Shown: positions 12,571-26,973, numbered from the whole stretch's first letter. The stretch is DNA of 63,861 nucleotides, filler included, from Octopus bimaculoides (GCF_001194135.2; 8 parts of 8 records of this genome joined end to end with filler, not necessarily neighbours in it), one strand, 5' to 3'. Translations and numbers: made by a program. Notes: generated by a model not told the origin, from the sequence alone.

Positions 12571-13069
12571 ATGACATATATGTACATATATATACATATA
12601 TATATATATATGGATAAAAAGTGTATGTGGCATACGAGTGGGTATATATTTATAAAAAAGAAGTTTGAGAATGCCACTATATACGATAAATTTTAATTTT
12701 CTCAGAGATATTTTACATGTTTTGGTTCCTGAAAAAACGAACCGTATCAAAAATACATATTTAAAAAAAAAATGTAATTAAAAGAAAAGTTCATAATTGT
12801 TTCTTAATGGTGTCAACATAGTCCACGTGGAAGCGTTTTATGTGTGGAGACAAAATGGCTATCTTGTGCATTTACTTGAATCGTTGGCTGTAGTAGTAGT
12901 AGTAGTAGTAGTAGTAGTGACCATGTTGGTAGTGGTAAACGAGAGTTTACCACATATATGTATATACATATATATATATTTATGCGTGCATGCATAAATA
13001 CATACACACACACACACATACATACATACACACATACATACATACATACATATAAGTAACAAAAAAAAT

Positions 13070-13640
13070 ATGCAGTTCAGTGCTATGAAATCGCAGGCAC
13101 TCCACTATCGGTCCAACATCAGGCTAAAATCAGAATACACTGGACGAGAAGGTAATAGGATGTCAGAGTCAAAGTCAGTGCATGACCTGGGGGGTCACAT
13201 GAGCAATGATGCAACATTCCATGTGCATATTATCAAGATGGCAACACTGTGCAGGTAAGTGGCAGGATGGATTCTGAGGACACTCGGAACCAGGAAAAGT
13301 GAGGCCCTGCTACTCCTATGGAAGACTCTCGTTCTCAGCCGCTTGGACTACTGCTCCCAACTATGGTCCCCAGAGAGTGTGAAACAAACTGTGGAACTCG
13401 AAGCAATCCAGTGCCAATACACAAAGAAGATCGACTCAATGCAAAAGCTGGGCTACTGGAAGAGGCTAAAGGAGCTGAATCTCTATTACCTGGAGAGAGG
13501 ACAAGAGAGATATGTGGTGATATATATTTGGAAGATCGTGGAGGGTTTAGCTCCCAATTTTGGAATTGACAGCTATACCAATTCTCGAACTGAACAGCAC
13601 TACATCATACCAAAGATCCTGTCTTCCCTGTCTAAAATAA
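13070..13640 (+). mobile_element. CR1/L2-type LINE, reverse transcriptase C-terminal fragment
   Basis: ORF 13259..13681: GWILRT..LWKTLVLSRLDYCSQLWSP..LEAIQ..YWKRLKELNLYYLER. Confidence 0.9.
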
Positions 13641-13689
13641 GGACACTACCACACCACCCCACACCGCTCCACACACTCTAGCACTGACC

Positions 13690-14055
13690 ACTTCCCAGCA
13701 CCCACACAACATACCATCATCCATATACCCACATGCTACAGATGCACACACGTCAAAATCACTAGCCCCTATCCCCACCCACACACTTACACATTCTCAC
13801 ATTCTCACATACACACACACATGCACGTACACCTTCGTTTTGGGATCATCAATACTTTATTATCTCCCCTTCTTTCAACCCGTCCTGTCAAACCTTTTTT
13901 TCTAATCAGTCGCCATGCTTGATTGCCAAATCCACAATTTTTTTTTATTCTCTCTCTGTTTATTTTCTCTTATTCCTTTCTGTTGAAGAGCATAGGCTTG
14001 AAACGTAAAAGACTTTTTCACTTTCCCAGGTATCAAACTAATAAACCTGCTTGTA
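13690..14055 (+). mobile_element. Penelope-related repeat with hammerhead-like motif
   Basis: CTTTCTGTTGAAGAGCATAGGCTTGAAACGTAAAAG at 13976-14011; tail matches the copy at 56200-56310. Confidence 0.6.
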
Positions 14056-14209
14056 TAATACATATATATAGGTATCAAGTTAGAGGGGTTTAATACCTCT
14101 AAGGGATAATTAAATCCGGAGTTGCTCCCGGCTATTACCTGGGTAGGTACAGTCTTTTGTAAGGTTGTATGGTAGCAGGTGATTTGGTTGGTAAACCGGA
14201 GTTTAGGTT

Positions 14210-14406
14210 ATATAGAAGAAAATGGATATAATGCCAATGGGAAACTTGTGGTTTTTGCTGGTATGTCTTTAATTAAATAGATAACAAAGAAGGCAGAAGC
14301 AGAGATGAAGGTAGCTTCTTCCTTCTTTGTTCTCTATTTAATTAAAGATATACCAGCGAAAACCTTGAGTTTCCCATTGTTATTATATCCATTTTCTTCT
14401 CCTATA
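14210..14406. repeat. Imperfect ~90-bp-arm inverted repeat with 13-nt loop
   Basis: GAAGAAAATGGATATAAT..AAAGAAGGCAGAAGC / loop AGAGATGAAGGTA / GCTTCTTCCTTCTTT..ATTATATCCATTTTCTTC. Confidence 0.85.
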
Positions 14407-14701
14407 ATACATACATACATACATACATATATATATATATATNNNNNNNNNNNNNNNNNNNNNNNNNNNNNNNNNNNNNNNNNNNNNNNNNNNNNNNNNN
14501 NNNNNNNNNNNNNNNNNNNNNNNNNNNNNNNNNATATACATATATATATATACACATATACATATATAAAAACACACACACACATATATGTACACACATA
14601 TACATATATATAGACACATACATATATATACTTATATATACATACATATATATATACATATACATGGTCACACACTCATATATACACACATATATATACA
14701 T

Positions 14702-14748
<47 letters not shown>

Positions 14749-15129
14749 TATATATATCATCTTTATAACAATGGCATTACATTCTCATTAAATACAGTTA
14801 CCATCCTTGTATTGAGTCAATGAAAAAGTCTCTTTATTTCTTTATTGTCCCATGACCTGTTATAAATAGCAGCCAAATCTCCCTCAAATTACACTACATT
14901 CTAAGGGGGAAAAAAGGTGGTGGGATATGCTATGCAGTTGCTTTTCTTTTAATAACAGCCATATCTGCCTCATATCATACCTTACCTTCTGGAAAAAGAA
15001 GGGATATATCATAATTGTCAGATGGTCTGTCTGCTCAGATCTGACATTGGGTTAACCAATAACAACAAGAAATATATATTATATAATGTAGTCATGAATT
15101 TATTGTCTGAATAAAAGACAATAATCTCA

Positions 15130-15890
15130 GCTGGAATGGATTGAGCAGACTCAATCAAAGTTCATCTGGCACTAGATCACAACAACTATCTTTATATCCC
15201 ATGAATGGTGTAACAGTCACCACACAAATCCTCCCCTGTATTTATTACTTCAACTAACATACTGTATAAGTGATGAATCACTGAAACACAGATACCGGAA
15301 GCATTTCATATTAACCATGGCGTAGTTTCAAATTTTATTGGTATCAGATACACAAGAATCAACTTTACCAATTCTTGCTTCCTTCCCTGAATGAAAACCT
15401 CTGGAATCCTCACCCATATTTTTTCCTACAGTTGTCAACCTGCAGAGGATCAAGCTGATATCCATCTACATTGATATGACTAGTCTGAAAAAGCCTGTGA
15501 AGGACAAGTTCACTGCCTCTCCTCCAGAGTATAAAAACAATAGTAGGTTCAATAATGCTTAATTGCTTGTAACTCAAACTACTAATAATAGAAGTAGCTT
15601 ACCTACTTAAGCTTTTTCTCTTTATGGAGCACAGGCCATTGATGACTTCTCCACTTTTCTCAAATCTGGGCAGTTTTTTCTGCTTCTTTCTTGTTAGATG
15701 ACTGCTTTTTCAGCTCTGCTTCAGTACCCCATCTCCAGCTAATTTCATGGCAACCTCTTTTCCACCTGTCATGGATTCCAGGTCAGGGCTTGATGTGTAA
15801 TGCAGGATGGTGGTTTCCTTTTAGATTTTGCGGTACCATGTCATCTGTTTCCTTGAGGGAAGGTCTTCCTCTCTCAGGTCCTGAACTACT
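15130..15890 (-). mobile_element. Highly degenerate RTE-clade LINE fragments
   Basis: Frame-shifted motifs RKPPSCITHQALTWNP, WGTEAELKK..KEAEKTAQI and INGLCS (15600-15890), plus INVDGYQL and EARIGK (15130-15500). Confidence 0.65.
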
Positions 15891-17433
15891 TCTGTAAATT
15901 TAAAAACTTGATTTTTTTCTAGGTAGGACTGTTATCTTATGCAAACTTATTTTTACCTCTGGGAAAAGGTGGTCTATATTACTCTGGCCTCTATCCAGAC
16001 GAACATAGGGGGCCCTATCAGGACCTTGCACTCTGCTGGCATAGATTTCAAGGTCCTTGAAAGACACCAGCTACCATGCTGCATCAAGGACTGGACCTTA
16101 TGGTGGACCAGAAGTAGTGCATCCCAGTTAATTTACCTGCAACTGATGAGTGTTTTCCTGTGAATGAAAGTTAACATTCTGACAAAGTTCCTTAACTGGA
16201 AAGTAAAAATAACAAAACAAAGTAAAACTTCATTAACAAAAAAATGTTTTATTTTCATAATTGTTTCTGTTGATGATTTGATTTGAAAATACTGCTGCTG
16301 ACCCAGCATCAGGGTGATCACAAGTTGAATATAGCTTTTGCTTGCAAACGCTTACAAGTTATACCACTCTCCAGCAAAACGGAAACATTTTTGTCTACAA
16401 CTTACTGGAGATTTATGGTCAAAATTGAAGAAAAAAATCTATTACTTAAAAATAAAAACAAATTAACATAAAGACAAAAGAAAAAGGTAATAGCATTTAA
16501 AAGATAATTATATTTTGTTAGATGAAAAATTTCTCTACGATTTCATATAAATATTTTCTTTATAAGAAACAATCCCAATGGTTGATCCTTCTGTTTCTCT
16601 GGAATGGTTTTTCTAGTCTTGATGACTAAGAAAGGGAAATCATTTTTATGTTTCCTTCTGTGGAGTTCTTTTAATAAATAAAATGTTAATTACTTAAAAA
16701 TAATCATATAATCAGAATATCATTACAATATGATATTTTTTTTTAAAGTTTACATTTTTGTTTATCTCAGCAACAGAATTTTATATGAAATAAAATAGAA
16801 TAGCAAATAAATTGAGCATATATTTAAAGAAACAAAGTTAAAAATATAGCCATTTCACAAAATCATTTTCGTAAAAAAATTATAAATTAATGGAAAACAA
16901 AAATTGCAAAAAAAAAGAACTCCAGTTTTTTCAGGAAAGTTTCTAAATTTTGTCTGTAGCTATTTTCATTAGTACTGCTGTAAGACATATGAAACTGTTG
17001 GAAAAATTGTATTTTTCTGTTTTTTTTTTTTTTATTATTAAAATTATATGTTGAGAAGTTAAAATGTTCTGTATTCTAATCACAACCCCCAAAGTGAAGA
17101 AAAAGGCTAAAAGTAATGGGAAAGGGAATATNNNNNNNNNNNNNNNNNNNNNNNNNNNNNNNNNNNNNNNNNNNNNNNNNNNNNNNNNNNNNNNNNNNNN
17201 NNNNNNNNNNNNNNNNGAATGGTTAAAATTTCAGTTGATTTTATTTTAAACTTAAACTTATCTCCAAACTTGGACATAGTTTTTTTCTAGTTATTTTACT
17301 AATATAAACTTAACTCATTTAATAATAAACTTAACTAGTTGAACATTTTAATAGTTTCAGAAAACAACTTTACATAAATATCTTATTCCTGTTTCTAAAC
17401 TTTTATTTAATAAATAATGAATTTTTTATATCG

Positions 17434-17646
17434 GTTTCAAATTTTGGCACAGGGCCAGCAATTGTGGGGGAGGTACAAGTCAATTACATCGACCCCAGTG
17501 CTCAACTGGTACTTATTTTATCGACCCTGAAAGGATGAAAGGCAAAGTGGACCTTGGCAGAATTTGAACTCAAAATGTGAAGATGGATGAAATGCCACCA
17601 AGCATTTTGTCCACCACACTAACGATTCTGCCAGCTCATTGCCTTA
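17434..17646 (+). mobile_element. SINE (GGCACAAGGCC..GACCCCGAAAGGATGAAAGGCAAAG family)
   Basis: Homologous to 39541-39700 and 52480-52695. Confidence 0.85.
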
Positions 17647-18087
17647 AAGTATAATGTAAAATAAAGTAAATCATTCTCACTATGTAACTGGTACCCATTT
17701 ATTGACACCTCTCTATCCTCACAAGTTGAAAGACAAATTTAACAACTCTAGCTGGATTTGAACTCAGCATATGAAAAAGACAGAGCTTACTCTATTGCCT
17801 GCCCTTAACAGATTAATAATTATTATTAATTGATTTGATTTTATGAGATTGCAAGAAGCTGCAAAGTATATTATGTGGATTGTCTGTTTTAAGTTTTTAT
17901 AATCAGCTCATTAAAACTACTTATCATAGAACATCTGCTATTTGTTTTGAATGTTTTGTATAGTTTGTTTTTTGAATGTTTATGAGATTTTTTTTTTATT
18001 AAAAGATAGCAAAGAAGAAAAATAGTTAGCAAAATAATGTATTTGCATTAAGTAAATACTGAATACTATTACATTATGGGTCCTTCT

Positions 18088-18266
18088 TCACATGGAGGAT
18101 TCTGCCTTGTCAGATTGATGATACCAACAACACCTATAAGAGTTCATATTATTAACTTGATCTTTTAAATATTCATATTTTAATAAAGCTTTCCTGACTA
18201 ATTTGCAAAGTATTTTGTTGTTTTGTTTTAGAGAGTTTGGTTTAGTAAAATCATGCAAACTGAAAT
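18088..18266 (-). CDS. Candidate exon DFSLHDFTKPNSLKQNNKILCKLVRKALLKYEYLKDQVNNMNSYR..., unknown
   Basis: Good pyrimidine acceptor and 59 open codons; no homology recognised, and the tract partly derives from a (CT)n microsatellite. Confidence 0.25.
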
Positions 18267-18306
18267 CTGAGAGAGAGAAAGAATGCAGATGACAGGAGAG
18301 AGAGAA

Positions 18307-18429
<123 letters not shown>

Positions 18430-21008
18430 ATTGCTAATATTACTGTTGCCTTTCATTCTTATATGGTCCTTAAAATAAGTTCCAGTCAAAAAATTGGGTC
18501 AGTTTTAATCAGCTATATTAATCCAGAAATCTTTGAGACCTTGTGTCTATGCTAAAAATCAATATTATTATTATTAACTAGTTGTGATATTCTCTGGAAA
18601 AATATGAATACCAAAGAGTCTATGTTTATCTCAGAAATATAATTGTCATGCTCCATTAAGTGATTATTACTGTTCTAAGTACCATCATTATAAATGCTAT
18701 TAGAGTTGTTATAAAAGTTGTTAGTTATGTGAAACAAAGCAAACTGATAAAATTTCTAAAATGAACAACTCCCCACACCCAATATATTGTTATTTTCTGA
18801 ATAGTCTTCTTATGATCATCTCTTATCTTGCAAAGTGCTTTTGTTTATTGCTATTCTTGGTCATCTATTTAGTGCTTTCAGCTTTGGACCATTCAATCAA
18901 CTATACCTCTCTCATCTGAAAATTTGACCTTGCACCTAGCCAAGAGAAAATATTAATTTGTTTAACTAATCTGATTGCTTCCCCATTTCTCACACATGCA
19001 TGCATGCACACATGCAAAAACATACATACATACATACATATACATATACATATATATATATATATAAAGAAAAGGAAGAAATCTTATATGAGCACATAAC
19101 CTGCTTTCAGTACACATTATTTACTTCATGCATGTATATGAATAGTTGACAGACTGTACTAAGGCAAGCAGGCACATGTGTTTGATTGAACCAATTGAAT
19201 TTTGGGCACTTCAGTACAGTATATCTGTAAGGAAGCATGTGTACTAATTTCTATAGTAGTCACATAGATAGCAGTAGGTGTCTTATTACTTGTAATTACT
19301 TAAAGATGTTATGTGATAAGAGGACAATTTTTTTTCTTTTTTAGGCATCTCAACATCCATACTCATTTTGCCAAGTCTAATTCCAGCAGCAACATTTAAT
19401 TTCAAAGAAACTGAACAAAACCATTAGGTCCTGAAATTTTAACATTATCATTAAAGTAAACTGATTATTAATTACAATTAAATTATTCATTTATTGATTT
19501 ATAAAGAGAAAAAAAAAATTTCTATCCTTTCATTTATTTACCTTTTCTCTTGTTTATGCAATAAAATGTTATACTATTGAAGAATTTGTAAGAATTTTAT
19601 TATAATTTTAGCAATTGCTAAACCATATGCACAGTTATACAAGCTTGCATACACAGAGGCATACATTTTTGCATACATACATCGATGCTTACAATCTACA
19701 ACTAATTTAGAAAAAAACGTTGTTTTTGAAATCTGCCATTTCCAAGGGCTGTTTATTTGGAAATGAATTGTAGAATAATGTTTATAATCCATTGCTTTAA
19801 AGCTCTTAGCAGGGTAATTTAGCAACTTAAAAATGATTACTACAACATTTAACTAAGCATCATTTCATTCCAGAGTTTGCCTTGTTGACCCTGGTAGAAT
19901 ACTGTTTGGGTAAAATATGCTTTAGTGTAGATTTTAAGAGTTGTAGATCTGAAAATTTAAATATATTAATACATCCAGTATTGACAACTCATGTATTTAT
20001 TTCTAAGCAAATTAGGTTTTCCATGTAAATTAAATAGATAGGTTTTGTCCTTACAGAAGGTTATTAAATATAAAATTTAAGGATAGCAGTTTTGATTGTT
20101 TCTTTAATTTCTGAATTTAAAGGAAGACTTTAAGTAAAAAGAAAAAAAAATGCAATATATTGAAATGAGGCTAGCATAGAATAATTTTCATATTAATTTA
20201 GTTTTTGCATAATGAAAACAATTAAAAAAAAAGGAAAAAAAGCGAACAAAAAAAAACACCATTAAAAGGGTAGAAGGAAAAATTAGAAAAGAAAATATAA
20301 ATTTTATCAGAAATATGATTTATGTTTGAAAATGGAAAGAAATTGCTTTCTAAAAAATAAACCTATTGTTTGAAGTTAATTTTGGTTTGCATTATCCCTT
20401 GTTGTATATTTTGATTTCTTTTCCTGCCCAGTACTTTCAGATTTGAACAGCAGATATTTCAAGTTAAATAAATAATCCACAATTAACAGAAGCAAATTTA
20501 AGTTCAAAATACAAACATTATGTTCAATATTTATTTTTAAAGGTTTTGAAATGTTTTTATTTTTTCTTTCTCTGGTAGAAGAAAATATATATTTTCATAA
20601 TCCTTACCAGTGATTTAGAAAAAAAAAAAAAAATATGTGCATAGTCTATGAGCTGAAAAATGTTTTAAAACAAAGGTCAATATTGTACAAGGTTTTTGGA
20701 CTTGGTTTTTTTTGTGTTTTACAATGGATACAATACAGTTGGTTAAGAAACAGAAATTTATAAATCAAAAATAAAAAGAGAAAAAAAAAAAAGGAAAAAT
20801 AATTGATTTGTTAGTTTATTCTAACTGCATGTTTTTATTAGTCAAGATGTAGCTCTTGCAATAGTACAGCTATTCATCACTGTTAGACTCTGACTGAAGT
20901 TTGAAAATGATCTTCATTAATAAAAAAAAAAACGAAATATTTAAAATATTTTAGATGCCTCATTTGCTACAAAGAAAGCATCCAAAATGTAATATATTAA
21001 AATAGTTT

Positions 21009-21057
<49 letters not shown>

Positions 21058-21309
21058 TAATTTCTTTATTGGTCACAATGGCCCAAACACATTTATAAAA
21101 GAGAGAGGCAATAATGTTGCGACAATCTTTCTTTCCTGAACGTAAATACTGATTTAGTATGAAAAGGTCCCATGTGGGAACCAATATGCATGTTCACATT
21201 CTTAATTAGCTGAAGAACTTATCAATACATCATATTGGTAATGATGATGATGATAATGATGATGATAATGATAATAATAATAATGATGATGATGATATAA
21301 TAATAATAA

Positions 21310-21383
<74 letters not shown>

Positions 21384-21559
21384 GTAATAATAATAGTAAT
21401 AATGATAATTAATAATTTTTTGATGTGGCATTAACTTTTAAACAAGTGAAGTTTAGTATCTTGTTGAAGGTTGCAAAACTATATCTGTAAGCTTGGAGTC
21501 TCCTATCCTGAAGTAATTTCACTCCCATTGTAAACATTGTAGTAATAGCAGGTGTAATG

Positions 21560-21611
<52 letters not shown>

Positions 21612-22064
21612 TCATTGTATTAATAATTGTTTTAATATCACTGAGTATTAACAACATTGAAAATATATCCAAGTGGTTGTAGTAAAGACATTGTATAAAG
21701 TGGTAACATTTAAAATGTAACCAAGAAATAAGAATGTAAAAAAAGAAATTAACGTTTGTTGTTATTTTTTACATTCTTTAGTTCTTTGTATAAATTAAAT
21801 ATTAATATTTTGTGCAATGGTTGTACCATACTTAATACATTTTGGCATTCTTAACATAGAATGAAATTAAATTAATTTCAAATATGGTAATAATACTTAC
21901 TAATAATTTCTACTACAAGTTATACAATTGAAGTAAAAGTACCTTTGGGAGCTAGACTCGAAGCACACAAACATACCTTGTATCTTGCAGTTTGTATTGG
22001 TATACATACATATACTCTGAAGATTAATTGTTTCCCCACATAGCCACATATTAACTGTTATGCT

Positions 22065-22110
<46 letters not shown>

Positions 22111-22144
22111 NNNNNNNNNNNNNNNNNNNNNNNNNNNNNNNNNN

Positions 22145-22190
<46 letters not shown>

Positions 22191-22526
22191 GACATATGTA
22201 TGCACATACGCACACATATATGTATATATGCTTATACACATATATATGCATGTATATATATACAATATATGCATATATATATGTGCATATATATATTAAT
22301 GTGTATGTGTGTATATATATATATATGTGCACATATATATATGCATGCATACATACACATGCACATACATGTGCATATGTATATCCATCTACCTATGTAC
22401 ACATGCCATATATTTTCTTTGGACATGACGTCTCATTTCTTGAGGATGCACATGCATAGAAATATAAGCTTGTGTGACTTCTTTGTGAATAACTATTTAT
22501 GTAATTTTACTGCTTTGTTTTTTTAG

Positions 22527-22651
22527 ATATTTTGTTTCCTTTCTCTCAAATGAATCTTTCTGCCATTTGACAATAAGATTCATAAGCGTATATCTTTATG
22601 AATATGTGGCCTCCAGGAACATGTTGTCATGTCTGGAAAAATATGCATTAT
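22527..22651 (+). CDS. Candidate internal exon YFVSFLSNESFCHLTIRFISVYLYEYVASRNMLSCLEKYAL
   Basis: Acceptor tttactgctttgttttttttag, donor T|gtatgt, open frame, phase 2 to 1. Confidence 0.35.
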
Positions 22652-24747
22652 GTATGTAAATTTTTATTTCAGTATATATGTGGTTGCCTTTATTTTCCTA
22701 TCTCTTATCACTTAGGCTATCCTTCAATATTACATTTATATTATCACTCTGAACCACATTTATTCATCTTCATAGAGCACATTGCTACATTTTATATGAA
22801 GATATATTTTCTCATATTTGCAAGATATTAAATGTGTGTATGTGTGTGAGTGCAAGTGTAACTTTAAATGTAGTTTGATTGAGCTCAAATATATTTTCTC
22901 TCTCTCACATACACAGTATATATATATGACAGCTTTCATAATTAAAGAGAATCATTTAATATTCTAATCCATATGTTAATATTCTAGATGATGTACATAA
23001 TCCACAACCTAAAATATCAAAAAGAAATATGAAAAAAAAAGAACAAAAAAAAACCAAACAAACAAACAATTAAATCATATCTCTGAAGATATTCTTTCGT
23101 ATGTTTAGTGACTATAAAGATTACTCATAGATCATGGTGAAATTATTTGCATCAAACTCTGGAGATTGTTCTTTAGTTTAATGACAGTTCTGCACCAGTA
23201 CTACTAGATCTTGAGTATTAACTAAGTGTGAAAAATTTCTCAAGTTCATAAGCATATATTGAGCATTCTCATTTATATTAACCTAGGTTTAAAACTGATA
23301 GATAGCGTTTTTATATGCAGTCTTTCTAGATGCTCTCCTATGACCTTAAGATGACTCTTAAAGGCCTGGTTTTGTATTATTTGGTTGATGCATTGATTTG
23401 CTTGTCACATCCCTATTGTAATGAAAACCACTTCATGCAAGTCATCTGTGGTTCCTGTAAATATTTCTATTGTCAGTTAATGCTTTCTGGTTTTGTTTAT
23501 GCTAATTACTTATTAAATAGATTTCTAATGTCATTTTTAGTAATTTATTTACTTTTAATTTTGCAATTATCAATGACAAAGAAAACAATTTGGTCCTCAA
23601 CACTGATGTCATCTCTCATGATGAAGGTTTTATGTTGCTGCAATAATAATATGATGAAAGCAGCAAAGAAAAAATGTAAAGATGATTAAGAAGTAGAAAA
23701 GATTAGCTATATTACAGGATGTTCTTCATAGATACATAAGTTTTGCATACTTTCTTTCAATACTGTGATATACATACTTACATGTGCACACATACATATA
23801 TATATATACATACATATACATACACACAAAGAAATGAATAGATAGACATACAGAGGCTTTTGACTCTTGTGAGGTTCCTGCTGAATGGTTCTCTTATCTA
23901 GGTAGTTTTATCATATTTTTTCCTGTATTGTCTGTTGAATCTATGTATCAGATATAAAAAAAAATTACCCACAAATCTACTTCATTCTGTAGATCTGTAA
24001 GCTTCACAGTTATGGTTATAATCAAATTTGTTGCATAATCTAATTCATGTATTTAAGTTTAGCCTTGATTATCCTCACTGAAGATACTATAGTTAAGAAC
24101 TGGGACTTCAAATAAATCTTCTTTCAATTGTTTAAAATGTTTTGATTTATTAAATACTGTTGTTGATATTTTACCTAATCATTAATTGTTCATTTAAATC
24201 ATTTTTTATTTCCATATCATATATTATTATATATAAATTTCCATTGCAAAATTAATTACATTAAGATATTCTAATTAACATTTGATGGTTTAAAATCAAT
24301 TTCTTACTAACTGCAACACTAAATAACATAGACAATTTAATTATTAGAGAAATAGGGTTATATATGTATATAAAGTTCCATTTTCATATGTTTCAAGCTG
24401 CTTCAGATTAAATTCATATCAACAGATGCATGATGTGAGAAAAAGGAAAGAAAAAAAGAGTTTAAAATAAGAATATCAAACCTTATCCATCGTTTTGAAA
24501 CCAAGTCCTTCAATTTATCCTGCAGATAGTTATTTTCTGGCCAACCACAGCCGGATAAAAAGCACCTCCTTCACCACCACAAAGTAGGGTAAGACAAATT
24601 ACATGGTAGGTACACTTGCTCTATTGAGAAAATTAGCAGATGAATTTTTTTTTTGCTGGTTTATAAACCAGATATTTCCTTTCTGTAAAAAATATCACTT
24701 CTGAGGGAACCAGATCAGGAAATAGAGCTTCGTTACTTTTTTAAAAG

Positions 24748-24846
24748 CAGTCTTTTAAAGTGGCTGCTTTAGATGTAGCAAGTAAATTATTGGATGTTGT
24801 TAGAGTTGAAGAAAGAATGTTACATAAAGAAGTAATCTTCAAAGCA
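24748..24846 (+). CDS. Candidate exon QSFKVAALDVASKLLDVVRVEERMLHKEVIFKA (runs into N gap)
   Basis: Acceptor ttacttttttaaaag and protein-like composition; donor hidden by the gap. The antisense frame is also open. Confidence 0.4.
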
Positions 24847-25329
24847 GNNNNNNNNNNNNNNNNNNNNNNNNNNNNNNNNNNNNNNNNNNNNNNNNNNNNN
24901 NNNNNNNNNNNNNNNNNNNNNNNNNNNNNNNNNNNNNNNNNNNNNNNNNNNNNNNNNNNNNNNNNNNNNNNNNNNNNNNNNNNNNNNNNNNNNNNNNNNN
25001 NNNNNNNNNNNNNNNNNNNNNNNNNNNNNNNNNNNNNNNNNNNNNNNNNNNNNNNNNNNNNNNNNNNNNNNNNNNNNNNNNNNNNNNNNNNNNNNNNNNN
25101 NNNNNNNNNNNNNNNNNNNNNNNNNNNNNNNNNNNNNNNNNNNNNNNNNNNNNNNNNNNNNNNNNNNNNNNNNNNNNNNNNNNNNNNNNNNNNNNNNNNN
25201 NNNNNNNNNNNNNNNNNNNNNNNNNNNNNNNNNNNNNNNNNNNNNNNNNNNNNNNNNNNNNNNNNNNNNNNNATATTCAATGTACCTCTCTGTTAGATTC
25301 ATTTGATACTTCATTGTATTATTTCATAG

Positions 25330-25379
25330 CCAGTGCATATCTATTCAATATTGTTTGATTTATTCATGTCACATAAAAG
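25330..25379 (+). CDS. Candidate exon PVHIYSILFDLFMSHK
   Basis: tatttcatag acceptor, AG|gtattt donor; phase 0 to 2 matches the next candidate. Confidence 0.3.
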
Positions 25380-25537
25380 GTATTTGTTATGCACTAAGAT
25401 AGATATCATTGAATATATTTTGTTCATAATATAAGTTATCACCTTGCATATTCACATAGACTTTGAAGTGTTTCTGAATTCTAATAGGTATCTACTTGAT
25501 ATAACCATGTACCTTAATATGAAATCTGTAATTTACC

Positions 25538-25568
<31 letters not shown>

Positions 25569-25659
25569 TGTATGTATGTATGTATGTATGTATGTATGTA
25601 TGTTTGTTTGTTTGTTTGTATGTATGTATGTATGTTTGTTTGTATGTATTATGTATGTA

Positions 25660-25750
<91 letters not shown>

Positions 25751-26973
25751 NNNNNNNNNNNNNNNNNNNNNNNNNNNNNNNNNNNNNNNNNNNNNNNNNN
25801 NNNNNNNNNNNNNNNNNNNNNNNNNNNNNNNNNNNNNNNNNNNNNNNNNNNNNNNNNNNNNNNNNNNNNNNNNNNNNNNNNNNNNNNNNNNNNNNNNNNN
25901 NNNNNNNNNNNNNNNNNNNNNNNNNNNNNNNNNNNNNNNNNNNNNNNNNNNNNNNNNNNNNNNNNNNNNNNNNNNNNNNNNNNNNNNNNNNNNNNNNNNN
26001 NNNNNNNNNNNNNNNNNNNNNNNNNNNNNNNNNNNNNNNNNNNNNNNNNNNNNNNNNNNNNNNNNNNNNNNNNNNNNNNNNNNNNNNNNNNNNNNNNNNN
26101 NNNNNNNNNNNNNNNNNNNNNNNNNNNNNNNNNNNNNNNNNNNNNNNNNNNNNNNNNNNNNNNNNNNNNNNNNNNNNNNNNNNNNNNNNNNNNNNNNNNN
26201 NNNNNNNNNNNNNNNNNNNNNNNNNNNNNNNNNNNNNNNNNNNNNNNNNNNNNNNNNNNNNNNNNNNNNNNNNNNNNNNNNNNNNNNNNNNNNNNNNNNN
26301 NNNNNNNNNNNNNNNNNNNNNNNNNNNNNNNNNNNNNNNNNNNNNNNNNNNNNNNNNNNNNNNNNNNNNNNNNNNNNNNNNNNNNNNNNNNNNNNNNNNN
26401 NNNNNNNNNNNNNNNNNNNNNNNNNNNNNNNNNNNNNNNNNNNNNNNNNNNNNNNNNNNNNNNNNNNNNNNNNNNNNNNNNNNNNNNNNNNNNNNNNNNN
26501 NNNNNNNNNNNNNNNNNNNNNNNNNNNNNNNNNNNNNNNNNNNNNNNNNNNNNNNNNNNNNNNNNNNNNNNNNNNNNNNNNNNNNNNNNNNNNNNNNNNN
26601 NNNNNNNNNNNNNNNNNNNNNNNNNNNNNNNNNNNNNNNNNNNNNNNNNNNNNNNNNNNNNNNNNNNNNNNNNNNNNNNNNNNNNNNNNNNNNNNNNNNN
26701 NNNNNNNNNNNNNNNNNNNNNNNNNNNNNNNNNNNNNGATTATTTTTATATTTTTTAAAAAAATGTTTCGGTGATGAGAATTATTGTTCTTTAATAGGCA
26801 AGGGGATTTTAAAAAAAATGTAAATTGGGATGGGATATAAAATGGAAAGAATGAAATAAAGATTTCTTTAATTATCATATCCTCCCTTTTTATTATGTAT
26901 TTTAAAAATTATTTTTAATAATTTTTTTGAAAGAGAAACTTCATTTTATGATTTGGTATTTTTTAATTGAAAG

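Noticed and set aside
15432-15541. Plus-strand open frame after a strong acceptor (VNLQRIKLISIYIDMTSLKK...)
   Set aside because: Lies antisense to a decayed LINE RT fragment; exonisation is possible but unsupported.
15602-15891. Apparent minus-strand exon with canonical acceptor and GTAAG donor
   Set aside because: All frames have stops, and the peptide pieces match an RTE LINE C-terminus.
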